From Selaginella moellendorffii (Eukaryota; Plantae; Lycopodiophyta), in NCBI RefSeq assembly GCF_000143415.4, contig NW_003314269.1, positions 2,053,544 through 2,117,543 of the forward strand: a DNA stretch of 64,000 bases, given 5' to 3'. The position numbers and the translations under genes were made by a program. Positions 37,026 through 49,251 of the stretch are shown here, one piece after another; within the stretch, counting starts at the first letter, position 1, and every line of letters starts with the position of its first letter. The notes beneath the pieces are model-generated. The model did not search any database, was not told the DNA's origin, and saw nothing but the letters and a program-made list of their open reading frames with translations.

Positions 37026-39104
37026 TTGCGGCTGCTCCGCCCGCCTTGCTCTCTCTCTCTTTCTCTCTCTCTCGGCCCCAAAGGCACTGGAGAAGCACGA
37101 ATATATGGGAGGAATATCTGAGCAGCAGCTGGAGCAGAAGCAGGAAAAGAGAAGCTAAGGAAAGGAAAGAGAGAAGAAAGAAGAAGAAAATGCTGAAAAG
37201 GCAGAACGGGGGGGACAGGACAGTCCCCGAGCAACAGGTAATCAAGCGAAAACACAAAAGACAATTGATTCAAAACAACACTAAGTTCGGAGGATCTGCA
37301 GTATCAATGTGCGGAGGAGCACCTTGTGAGGCAGCTGGTGGATCACGAAAAGCAGCGCCAGCAGTGAGGCCAACGGAAAAGCAACGCGAAGCCAAATTGC
37401 CGACTGGGTGGCTTGGCTCCCTGCATTGGACGTTAGTCGGAGGTAAGGATGGATGGCTCTTCTCCTTCTCCTCCTCCTTCCTGCTTGTTTTTCTTCATAC
37501 ACTTATATATCCCTTGATTCTCTGGCTCACCAAGTGTTATATGACAGGTGCTGCCAAAGCGAATATTGGGCCCTTGAGTGCTCATTATTCCACATGGAAT
37601 ATATTCCTCATGTTGAGGAAGGCATCGGGACCGAGAGTTTCAGACAAAATGACTATTTCCATCCACTTGGACGGTAAATGGCTGCTTTTAATAGGGGTCG
37701 GGCTCTAATGTTTATCCTTTTTCGTCCATTTTTGCCTACAGTGAAAGAATTAAACGACGCTAGAAAAGTGGCATGGAGCAGTGAAATGGTGAACCTTGCA
37801 TCCTCTCTCCCGCTCCCGGGTTGATTTCACGACCGACCAAGGCAAGCGAGCAAGCGCCAATGAGCGGTGTCTTGTGACATTATAATGTTTTTTGATGCTG
37901 GTCAATGTAGAGCCGTGTTCCAAGTCTCGCGAAAAGAACACTCCGTGCGGTTCCTTGCGTGAAGCGATCTCAGTAAAGTAAGTTGTTTGTTTGAATCGAA
38001 GTCTTCATGCTATCTCTCTTTCCAGAAATGCAGAAGACTGATGGAGCAAGAGCAAAGTAAGTAGTTTCTTAAATCTTTTGGTCACCTCTCTTCTCCAGGA
38101 AGCTACTCAAACAATTGCCTGGTGGTGGACTGGGCCAAAGCTGCAGCATAAAGCATCCCCATGCTCCACCACGTTGTGGCATGGACAGAGAGATTCGCCA
38201 TGGATGGAAACGAGCAGTGCACAACGAAAGTGTGCGTATATATCGATCGAAGAAAAAAGTTCCTGCCGGCGATCTGGATGGATCGGTAAAGCCAGCGGAT
38301 CAGGAAAAAATGGAGCGCAAACTAGTACGTGATTTTTTTCTTTCTGTTGACTAAAACGCTTCTCTCGCTTGCTTTGTTTCGTTGGTTTCCAGATCTTATC
38401 TCTTTGATCATAAAGTCTTCCCTGTTGTCGGCCTTTCGCCCTGATAGATTTCATGAAATATAGCGCTGCTACTGAGACGTTGTGGAACCATATCAGTGAA
38501 TGGAATAGAAATAAAAGCCATGGTCCCATTTTCTTGCTATATGGTACCCCAACATTATTTCACTGACACAGCTCTATACTACTACAATCTTCCACGTTGA
38601 CTAGTTACCCACCCATTTTTACAAATTCCACCCCCCAGGAAGGAATAACATTAACTGCATGTTGACTGTTTCACCCGCCTTTCGTGTGTGACGGCCTGAC
38701 CACCTGTACGGACGCGTGTGGCCCGTCGCTTTCCCCGTCCACGTGCCCGTCGTGCCGCGGGCATATTCCCGCCGATTCGGTGGGCCTTTAAAACCCCAGC
38801 GCTCTTTCCACCGGGCCACCAGGGGAACCACGCGCGTACGGTGAAATGTTGACTCGTCGGGGCCCGTCAGGTGGATGGCGCGACGGGCGAGATAGGCGAG
38901 ACGAGCCGGCCATTGGAAGGGCCGCCCGTCACCGCGACGAAGAAATCAACACACTTGGACGAGAGAGAGACCTTGGAAATGCCAGTTGACAATTTTGGCC
39001 CAATGCTCTGTGTCGTGACATTTTAGGTCGACTCCTTTCTCCCAATCCCTCTCATTCTTCCATTTCTCCCATTTGGCGGTCGATCGATCGAGAGGGAGAG
39101 AGAA

Positions 39105-40142
39105 ATGGGCGTTGAATCGCCAATGGATCCCAGCGGCAGCAGCTCCAGCGCCATCGCCAGCAGCAGCGACTCCAATCCCTACCAGGTGAACATCAAGATC
39201 ATGATTGCCGCCATTGTCGTCCTCTTCTCGGTCATCCTCTTCATCCTCTCGCTCCACCTCTACGCCAAGTGGTTCTGGAAGAGCTCCCAATTCGCCGCGC
39301 GCCGCCGCCGCCTCCTCCACCTCCAGCAGATCCAAGCCATCCAGCAGCAGATCCAGGCGGCGGCGGCCGCGGACCCTCTCTTCTTCTCCAATTCCCCGGC
39401 GCTGGGCGTGGACAAGTCCATCATCCAGTCGCTCCCCCTCTTCGTCTTCCGCGAGAGCGACAAGATCAAGCTCGATTGCTGCGCGGTCTGCCTGTGCGAG
39501 TTCCAGGAGGGCGATCACGGCCGGACTCTCCCCAAATGCGGCCATAGCTTCCACACCGAGTGTATAGATATGTGGCTGCATTGCCACTCCACTTGTCCCC
39601 TGTGCCGTGCCAGCCTCCTGTCCGGCTCCAACTCCGCTGGATGTCCCAAGAGCATCGTCCCAGAGCTGCTGCTTCTTCCGGATCTAAATCTCGTCGCCAC
39701 CACCACTTCTCCGCCAACGCCTTCTTCCACGGATCTAGTTTCTTCATCGTCGTCGTCGACACCATCGCCATCGTCTTCTAGCTCCTCTTCCTCGTCGAGT
39801 TCTACGTCGGGCGATAGTGATTCCCAGCACCAGCCGCAGCAATCGGTTCAGGTGGTCCAACTGGTTTTGGATCTAGACGAGAATGCCACCTCCAAGTCGC
39901 TGTCTAGTTCTCCGTCGACTTCTTCCTCGGCTGGCGGGTCTCTGTCGGCCAAGCGCCGGTGGAGGAACTTGAGACGAATGCTCGGTAGGCCCTCGCCATC
40001 GTCGCCTCTGCTAGCACTGCCGCCTTCCGCGTCGTGTTCGTTCTCATCTACGTCGTCAGCGGCGTCTTACGCGGTCTCGGTTGTCGGGGAGTCATCGGAT
40101 CTGCAAGGCAGCTACAACTCAATCCTGGTGCTGGTGGAGTGA
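39105..40142 (+). CDS. ATL-family RING-H2 E3 ubiquitin ligase (single exon)
   Basis: N-terminal TM segment, GLD-like motif GVDKSIIQSLP, RING CAVCLCEF..LPKCGHSFHTECIDMWLHCHSTCPLCR, and a Ser-rich tail. Confidence 0.93.
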   Translation: MGVESPMDPSGSSSSAIASSSDSNPYQVNIKIMIAAIVVLFSVILFILSLHLYAKWFWKSSQFAARRRRLLHLQQIQAIQQQIQAAAAADPLFFSNSPALGVDKSIIQSLPLFVFRESDKIKLDCCAVCLCEFQEGDHGRTLPKCGHSFHTECIDMWLHCHSTCPLCRASLLSGSNSAGCPKSIVPELLLLPDLNLVATTTSPPTPSSTDLVSSSSSSTPSPSSSSSSSSSSSTSGDSDSQHQPQQSVQVVQLVLDLDENATSKSLSSSPSTSSSAGGSLSAKRRWRNLRRMLGRPSPSSPLLALPPSASCSFSSTSSAASYAVSVVGESSDLQGSYNSILVLVE

Positions 40143-40991
40143 AAGTCTTCGTACCTTGCAAGTTTCTTCGTTGGATGTATCGAGTTCCAACAAGGCAGAA
40201 CCGAATCCGCGACGGAGGAAGGAAGCAAAGACTGGGCGAAATGACAGTTGCGTGGTGTATACAAGGTGTCAGCCAGTTCTGTATAACCAACAGCGCTTTC
40301 TTCACCAGAAGAAGACGAACACGAAGAAGGATCCGTCACTTCTGGTCAGTAGCTTCCAGCTGGAGAGAGAAAAAAAAAAAGGAGTACCTATTCGATTCCG
40401 GCTGCGAGCCAAAAAGAAGATCTTCCGCAGACCTGGAAGTGGAACATCTGGTCAGCACGAGCTTTTGTAAAAACAATTTGCTTTTCTTAGTACCTCAGAA
40501 ACAGACAGTGGTCGACATCTCTAATGCTCCTCCTTTTTTCTCCACAAAGTTTAAAAAGCTGTGCACGCGATTTCAAAGCTTAACTGGCACTCAAAGACGA
40601 GTGCCTTACCACCAACAATGTTCTCCACTTGCATACTACGTATACGCAGCATGTCGGCTCTAAGCTTAAAGTCTTGCACTTCCGGCAACTTGCCTCCAAT
40701 CTGCGAAACACGGTCTCAGTTTGAGTCACTTTCGAAAGAAAATGATGAACTTACCAATCCAAAGCTGGCTCTTTGCATCTTGAAATGATTAAACTTAAGA
40801 TAAGAGGCCTGTCTCATCACTTTCACGATCGCTATTGTTTATGCCTGCACAACTAGACAAATAGCTGCTCATCAATTTCGGGACCCACTCGTTGATGCTT
40901 CAGCAGCGTTGCGAAAACAGGGAATTAGAAGAAAGAAACATATATAAAAATTCTGCCGAAAAGAACACCGTCGATACTATCTTCTTACGCT

Positions 40992-43133
40992 TCACGAAGG
41001 CAAACTTGGTTTTCCTAGACAGACGCCTCTGATGCTCTTCACACGTTGAAAAGCTTCCTGAGCCTGCATTCCAATAAACATTGTAGACTCCACATAAAAG
41101 CGAAAGCCATTTACCTGCTTGTTTGATCTCTTTGCAATAACTGGAGACGAAGCCTGTGCTTTCTCGAGGTACATTTCGCCCAGGCAAAAGTAAAAGTTCG
41201 CAAGCTCGAGTGATGGACCTGGTAGGACCTTTTCCATGCACTGCAATATGAGACGACAAACGCGCAGTCCTTCCTCAGCATCTCCCATCGCTCGGCAGCA
41301 GTTCATAAGTGGAGTCAAAGCATCGAAGAGGAACACGTGAAGAGGGTGCTGAAAAGAAAATGCAGTTATGTTTGCGAAGATTTATGAACACCATACCAGC
41401 TTTCCCGTGAACTCAGATAGATAGCTTTCCAGTAATTTCCGGGCCTCCTTGAAGCGTCGTTCGCTGTAAATACGAACCGCAGCCACAAGCCTCTCCTCGG
41501 CTTTGGCAATCACTTCCCAAGGAGGATCCTTGAACCTCATAGACTCTGGATCCAGGATCCGCGAACACAAATCACATTCCCATGTAGTTGACGACGCTTG
41601 ATCTTCATGCAAAGCTGCCGTTCTGAGAAAAACTCCCCCGCAGCCTCTAACATGGCAGACACAGCCCTGCCAGGATAATCTTCAGCAAACAAGGATTTTA
41701 AATTCCAGGCTTACCTCAAGAAATCTGTCAATGGATGTGTTCAGAGGCTCTACGCAGCGGTCACAAGTACAGTCGAAATGCTTTGTTGCCACCAACAGTG
41801 TTTTGCGTACTCGGCGGGACTCATATAAGTTAATGTATGAAAGACAAAGCTGCTGCACTAGATTAGACCAAATGAACGCAGAATAAAAACGGCGATCACC
41901 TCAGCTCCCTTCGGAATATCTTGGACTGCTCGCACGTACATCACAGAACCTTCCGAAGCAAAACAGCAGTTTGGCCTACAAATTACCATCAGTTTCAGTC
42001 CAAAAAAAATTCATAAAAATAAGAGCTTACCGGCAAGAGTGGTTAAGAATAGAAACATATGGAAATAGGCCGAGGGCCACATGCGTGTTTTGTAGATTCT
42101 GTGCACCCATACCATGAGAATTGGTGTTGATCAGAGTGGCCAGCATTTCCAATTCTTCTGTGGTTGAAAGAAACGTAACTGTTAGGCATTGAATAGAGAA
42201 TGCGAAACGATTTACCTATACTGCACGATACAGGAGCTGGTTTCCCACCGTTTCCCACGCAAGCAATCTTGTGCAGCCGGGTGCATCCGTTTCGGACCGC
42301 CTCCAGCCAACTCGATGGTGCTTTGCTCCTGTGAGTTTCCAAGCCCAGAGCGTCTTTGAAACAAGAGTGTATCACACCGTCTACTGTGCAAGTTTCATCT
42401 TTCGAGTTCTGAAATGGAAGAGTCTCGATTAAAAGTTCCAACTGTAGCAAAGACGATCTTGCCTGAGCCGTGCCAGCCTTTTTCAATGCAAGGTTGAAAA
42501 CCAACCTTAAAAGATCAGCATCGCAGTTTTCGTCTCTGGCAATGCTGGCGATCTCTCTATACACAGCGCAGTAATTCTCGTGTGATCCCTGTGGAGGCTT
42601 GTAGCACTCCTGAAACAAACAAATGTAAGGCTCTCGATCGCGAATCAAAAGCTCACCTCGCAGAAGATCGTGTAGTTACACGCGGAGCACTCGAACTTTG
42701 GGCCATTCTCTGCAACATTGACGCCACAGACATGGCAGATTGCCTTGCGATACTGCCCGCGAGGAACAAATGCTATGGCCTGCTCCGCCACGACAACCTC
42801 TCCAGCCTTGATCGCCCTGACAGAGTTCCAAAAAAACTCACTCACAAACAACGAAAGGAAAATAGAAAAAATGCGTAGAACCACTCACCTCGTCGCGACG
42901 GCACAGCGGCCTCGATTCTTCACAGTCGCTACCTTCCAGGGAAAGGAAGGCTCCAGCACGAAGTTCTTCTTCTTCTTCTTGCTCTTGTTCTTGCTCCTGC
43001 GATTCTTCGCCTCCGCCTCATCGGGTTGCTGCTGCTGCTTCTCTTGCCCAGAAATCTCTAGATTTTGCAGCAGAGCACCTGTAGAATCGCTCGATGCCGG
43101 CGTCGCGACCTCCACGGGACGAGAATCCTCCAT
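40992..43133 (-). CDS. SMYD/ASHR-type SET-domain lysine methyltransferase
   Basis: N-SET GRCAVATR..IKAGEVV, MYND-like ICHVC..ECSAC...FC, SILNHSCRPNC, LCLSYINL and post-SET HFDCTCDRC, followed by a TPR-like helical C-terminus. Confidence 0.85.
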
Positions 43134-43217
43134 TGCCGCGCCGGTGGCCAAAAAACCCTAACCCCTAAAACTTCACAAAACTCTAGGCTAGTTCTTCGAT
43201 TTGCCCTAGCTCTCTCA

Positions 43218-44078
43218 ATGGAGAGGGGCAGCAAGGCGCGGAAATGGGCGATTGATTTTGGCGATGGCGCGTCGTCCAGGGAAGTCGCCGATCCGCCGGG
43301 CTACTCCCGAGGCGCTTCTTCAGAGATTGTGAGTGTAAAAATCTCGCGGTTTGTGTGACCTGAAAGAAGGATTTTGGGGCGTGATCGCAGGAAGATGCTA
43401 GCGCTGCGAGGCAAAAGGAGAAGGTCGAGGCATCGTGGAAACAACAGGTAACATTTCTTCTCTTCTTTCTTCTGCTAGAGTTTTTGTTTGCTTTCTTTCT
43501 TTGTTTGTTCTTAGTGTGTGATCTTACTGTGTGTTCGTGTGTGTAGAAAGCATGGGAAATCGCTCAAGCTCCTTTCCGGAATCTCTTCATGATGGGATTC
43601 ATGATGTGGATGGCTGGGAACACGGTCCATTTGTTCAGCATTGGCATTACGTTCTCGGCTCTCTGGCAGCCCATCAGTGCTCTCCAAGGAATCGGGAAAG
43701 GTTGTCACAAAGTTTTCTATCGCCATCTCCATTTCTCTTCTGACTCTTTTCTTTGCTTTCACAGTTTTCGAGCCATACAAAGATGCTCGAACGGACGTCC
43801 TAATGCCCAAGCTCTTGTTCATCGCCATGAATTTGGTGGCTCTTGGAATGGGACTCTGGAAGGTAAGTTTTTCCACAAGTTTTTAGACAAAAGATCGGAT
43901 CAAATGTTTTCCTTGCAGCTAAACTCGCTGGGCCTTCTTCCTACTCATGCCTCAGACTGGGTCTCGTCACTGCCTCCGCCACAGGTTTGCATCTTTTATG
44001 CGATTTAGAAGAACTCTAATGTCAATCGATCTATATCACCAGATGGTGGAGTTTTCCGGAGGAGTTTTGTCGAGCTAA
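43218..44078 (+). CDS. EMC4: ER membrane protein complex subunit 4 (DUF1077)
   Basis: KAWEIAQAPFRNLFMMGFMMWMAGNTVHLFSIGITFSALWQPI ... WKLNSLGLLPTHASDW. Confidence 0.9.
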
Positions 44079-44305
44079 TGTGGAGCTTCTAAAGATTTCC
44101 ATCGAAGAATTAGCAGTGCTGATTCTTTCTGGACGATATTGTGTTGATTAACGTTCTTTGCTTTGAAAGAAAGTTTAAAATGTACACTCTCTTTTTCGAG
44201 CAAATCGTAGCGGTGGCGGCGATGATAGCGGCGGCGGCGGCGGCGGCGGCGGGCGGCGGACACAATGAATCGTTTTCTGTTTCTTTTCGTTTTTCTTTCT
44301 TTCTC

Positions 44306-47016
44306 CTATACGTAAGGAGCAAAACCTTGCCTGAGCGCTGCTTGCCACACCTTGTCAATGTTTTCTATATCGATGGAACCAATCTCGTGATGGTCCCAGC
44401 CTTCCAACGCGTGGAGTAGTCCTCCGGCATGGCATGCATGAACCACGCCTCGAGGCATTGTAAACTGTCACACACAATGAGATGATGAGATGATGAGATG
44501 ATTCAACAAAAAAAGCTCTTACCTCGCAGAAATGCAAGCCTTCATGGTTCTTCGGCAAGTACATTCCTGAGAGCTTCCCGTAAGTAACGTCTTTCCGGAT
44601 TTCTGCTACCGGTGGCACGACAAATTGGTGAAAAAAGGTACCAGGAGGAGCCCAGCTTTGGTCCTTGGCAAAGATCCACTTTCCTACGATCCACGTCTGT
44701 TTGAGAAAAGAATGAGAATGCCTCGTAAGAAGAAACGAAGTACGGAAGTACCTTGCAGTTTTGTCCCGCTTGATACTTGGTAACTTGCACCAAGTTCTTT
44801 TGGAACTCGACAGGGGCATCTTTCACAACTGCTTCGTAACGCTCCCTCGAATTCGTAAGCATCTGCAATGCCAACGAGAAATTCAGCACAAAGAAACGTG
44901 AATTGCCACAGTACCAGAACTCTAACTCCTCGCCTGCAAAGGTAAAGAGCTAGTGCGCGACCGATCTTAGACGTTGATCCTGTCAAAAACACTTCCTTCG
45001 CATCCGGTCGGAGCTCGTTGATAACCACGGCAGCAGTAAGTGTGTTGCCGTGGACTATCTTTACTCGCAGGTTGGTGTATTTCTTCCAAAAGAGCACACC
45101 ACCTCCATTAAGTTCCTCGTTCTGCAAATATATATTAAACCAACGCTTCTATGCTTGAAGAAGAGAGACGACGTATCATACCTTGTTAAGCGCAGCAAGG
45201 CTCAATACCTTAACACCTGATCTATCGGCTTCCAGGATTGCTTCTTCAATGAAACCATTGATACTCTTCTTACCAAACGGCAAGAAAAACTAGAAGAAAA
45301 AAAAAACAATTAGCACTAAAAACTGCAAAGAGGACTCAAAAGCTTACATGGAAACCATATCGAGGAATAACTCTAACTTGAGCATGGACACGTCCAACTA
45401 AGTACTCGCTGTAGACCATCGTTCTCCCCCAGGCCCACATTGCAAACATGGGTGGGACTGTCAATATCAGAGGTGGCCACAAAAACCATCTCGGCCCGAA
45501 AGGCTCGGCAGCCAGAGACCTGAAAATAAACGACGTGTGCATCGTTGACATGAAGTCAATTATGTGCGCCAAAAATATAAACTGAGGAACCTCCTCTTTC
45601 CGACCTGGGAATGAAAACAAACTTTCAAAAATCTTGGCGCCGTGGACAAAAACAAATATAAGAAAAACACACCAACCTTTACGAAGTGCCGTGTAGAGAG
45701 CCTCTGTCTTGGGATGCATCGTGCCCCCCAAATAATCATAAACTGGCATGAACAGGCAGAAGTTTGAGTTGAGACTGCTGTGGTGAAGAGAATGATACCT
45801 GGAAAAGAGAGTAACACGAAGGGAATTAGAATTACTGTCTCAACAAATCGAGGCCCGCCCAATGCATTCTATATGCTTGCAACTCGCCAGAAGGATGCAA
45901 TGAAGGTCACTAAATGAAAGCACGTGATGACTTCCAGCAACTGGAGTGATGTTAAGGCGCACCCCCACCAAACTTCATAAAAGCAAAGCGGAATCAAGCA
46001 AAAAGAGAACACGTCGCGACAAATGCATAAATTGGAGTTCTTATGCAGCTTGGCACCAAATAAAAAAGGGTGTAGCGAAAACTTACGACGGCGTGTAGAC
46101 CACCAGCTTGAGCAGCGGAAAGGCTCGGAAAAGTGACTCCGGGAAAATTTCGCAGTTGAAATGGCCATACATCTTGAGCACGTCGTAGGATAGGATGTAG
46201 AAGTAGAACATAGAAATTGACGCAGCTCCCATGACAGCGGCTCCAAGCAGCGGTAGAGCTATCAATCCAGTCTGTACCAAGTGCTCCAGGAACGTCGAGT
46301 TACCAGCTGAAAGAAAAGTGGTCACTACGGATAAAGCCAGGACAATTCACGTACTTGTGGCGACTTCCGGGTTCACAGAAGCGTGGTGCAAAGAATGGTA
46401 ATTTTTGAACAGGTGGCCATCGTGGAAAGCGCGGTGGATCCAGTAGTACAACGGCTCCGTGACCAACGCGTGGAAGATTACAACGTAAAGCCATCCTCTG
46501 TAGTTCCAAACGGGAAGATTGCTGAAGCCAGGTACCCACGAATGCGCTGCTAATGCAATCAGCCCCTGGAGAATGATAAAATTGTCCCTGGATACAAGCA
46601 AAAAACAATCAGCACAGAAAAGCACCAAGCGCCATCTTGACTTACCAGTGGAACTCTCTATCCAGTTGCTCGAATGTGATCTTGAAGGCGCTGACCCGGT
46701 GCTTCTTGACTACCCCATGTAAGTGTTGAAACAGGGAGGCATAGAAAAATGTTTGGTACCGAATCAGGCACAGAACAAAAATGTGCAAGCACCAGTTATC
46801 TGTGTCCTTGTAAGCAGCATTGTAGAAGTTCGCATACAGAGCTCTTGCCGCAAAGGGAACCGAGATCCAATACTGCAGAGAGAAGCACAGAAAACCATCA
46901 TCACTCAGTCAACCGCTATAAAAATGCAGAAGGCAAAAAACTAAAGCACGGACCTTGTAGTTCCCGAGAAACGTCCACGGCCAGGACGAGAGTGGTGCAG
47001 TCGTTGCAGCAGCCAT
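44306..47016 (-). CDS. CER3: CER3/WAX2-like very-long-chain alkane/wax biosynthesis protein
   Basis: Start [21 protein letters not shown]. His boxes [15 protein letters not shown] and HSLHH. C-terminal [34 protein letters not shown] and VHACHAGG. Confidence 0.88.
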
Positions 47017-47966
47017 AGAGTGTGCTGGTAGTAGCGCTCGGAGGCAGCAAAACGAAGGAATAAGCCGCCCCAAGTATACCAGAGAGGATCAAAGAGGACC
47101 CATACCAAGTTGCTTTCCTCTTGCTCTCTCCACAGAGTCCGCAAAGAGAAATGCCCAAAGGAAGGACTGCCAGGATTGTTCACGCACAGCACACCTGTCG
47201 TCTTTATAAGTGTTTTCACAGTGATTAGTAAAACCAAATCCAGACTTAGCTTACTCCCAATAAATGGCGCCGCATATTCTCGCCAAGGAAGAAACAGTGA
47301 TCTTTCGTCGTGTAACTTCGGCGGCCAGCTTTCTCAAGCGGGAGAAAGCTGGAACAATACAAGCCCGCTTGAAGCGTCTGCTAGTCACGAGGATAATCCT
47401 GCTGCGTTCTCCGAGTTATAGTTGGTGACAGAATTGAAGAGGTCAACATGGTCGCATTTATAAAGACAGCCAACGAAAGTCGCAAGTAGCTCTGGGGATG
47501 GTCTCTGAGAGACAAGACGGACACTAAAACGAGAGGTTACATGCATTTGATGAGCGGATTCCCTGCAAAGCATTGACAAAAACAGGACAAAGAGATACGA
47601 AAAGAGAGATGAAGAAATAGAATACATCACATTGAAGAGCCGAGGATTGACTTATTAGAGGATCACTCGCGGGACGGATTGGTATCTCTCCCAATCCCAA
47701 CACCCTTTCCTCGACAGTGGAATGAGCTCGTCGTCGTCTATACCAGCGATAGTACAAAAATTAAGAGCGTCAGCTTTTAAAATTAATTAGATGCTTCAAG
47801 GACCATGTGACGCTGTCATACGGCCATTAACTTGGAAGACGGTGATGTCCTTTACGGTCTTTCCAGCGCCCCTACCTACAAACTGAATGTTAGACAAAAG
47901 TACTTGGTGACCAAGAGCCGAAAATGTGAAAGAGAGGAATAGATAGATACCTTCGTCGAGCTTAGA

Positions 47967-49188
47967 CTAGACAGCCGCTTTCTCTTTCTCGGAAGCCGCT
48001 TGTGTGTCCTCTGAAGGCCTGTTCTTTTTGCCATCCTTTATAGTCCAGAAGTCAGACACTCGAGTCTTTGGAGGCTCTTTTGCTTCGCCAATTGGTGCTA
48101 CAAGCCCCGGCTTTCCGTCGTCAATAACACCATCCACCAGGCCGTAGTCGACTGCTTCCCACGCATTCATGAAGTAGTCTCTGTCCGTATCAGCTTCAAT
48201 CTGCAAAATAAAAATCTTCCAGTCTCAGGCATTTGAACAAATAGAGGTCTAATAAAAGCAACCTGCTCTTCAGACTTTCCAGTTAGGCGAGACAGGATTT
48301 TGTTGAGCTTTGCTTTGTGGTACATCATCTCTCTCACTTGTATCCCAACGTCGATTGCCTAACAAGCGACACGAATATAAAGTCTCAGCAGACATGCGAC
48401 GAAAAGACTAAAAAAAGTCTCAAAATTAAGAGAAAGGAAGCTTTACTTACCACACCGCCGGCACCTCCCAGTGGTTGATGGATCATGACACGAGCATTTG
48501 GCATGCAATATCTCTTTCCTTTTGTTCCAGAAGCCAGCAGAAAAGCCCCCATCGACGCTGCTAGCCCGAAACAAATAGTTGAGACGTCCGCACGGCAGAG
48601 CTTCATAGCATCATAAATTCCCATCCCTGGAAGCTGTCAAATGCTTAGCCAGAAGATAAAAAGAGAACCAAAACTCTGGCCAGAAGATGGAAGGAGAACC
48701 AAACTCTCTTAAAAAAAATCTTGCAGCTTACCAGCTGAAACTGAGCCACCGGGCGAGTTGATAAACATTTTGATATCCTTGGTTGGATCTTTAGCGTCGA
48801 GAAGGAGCAACTGGCTGATGATAAGATCGGCAGAAACATCATCCACCTTCAAGAACAAAAACAAAAGAAACGTCCAAAGAGAATGAAAATTTGTAAGAAC
48901 TTTCGCTACCTGCGATCCGAGGAACACAATGCGCTGCTGGAGCAACACTCCCGCGGGCTCCAAGAGGAGCGATCCAGCCTCCGACGGCCTCGACTCACGG
49001 CCAGAGCTTCCAACACCCCACTGCTCACAGAGAAGCCCTCGTCTCTCTTCTCGCGCTCTCGCCAAAACTAAGCTCCTCCCGCGAGCAGCGCCTAATCTAT
49101 GTACCTTGTTCTTGGGATGGAGGCCATCGACAACGCATCGCAGCGACGAGGACGAAGAATGCGGCATCGTCCAAGCCGAGGTCGCCAT
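47967..49188 (-). CDS. CLPP3: Plastid Clp protease proteolytic subunit, ClpP3-like
   Basis: [31 protein letters not shown] (catalytic Ser), MIHQP and DTDRD...[13 protein letters not shown]. Confidence 0.9.
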
Positions 49189-49251
49189 AACTCCTCTGCT
49201 CTAGAGGCGAGAGCCCTAAACCCTTCATTAAATGGCCACATTAAAGCAAAA

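Noticed and set aside
36893-37708. 271-aa plus-strand ORF with poly-Q and basic runs
   Set aside because: Antisense to the low-complexity first exon and 5' UTR of the diTPS; not conserved in copy 1.
45800-46082. Unusually long CER3 intron as a possible snoRNA host
   Set aside because: No box C/D or H/ACA pair could be identified on the transcribed strand.
33691-47016. Possible biosynthetic gene cluster (diTPS + CER3)
   Set aside because: No P450, class I diTPS, reductase or transferase nearby; the neighbours are unrelated housekeeping genes.
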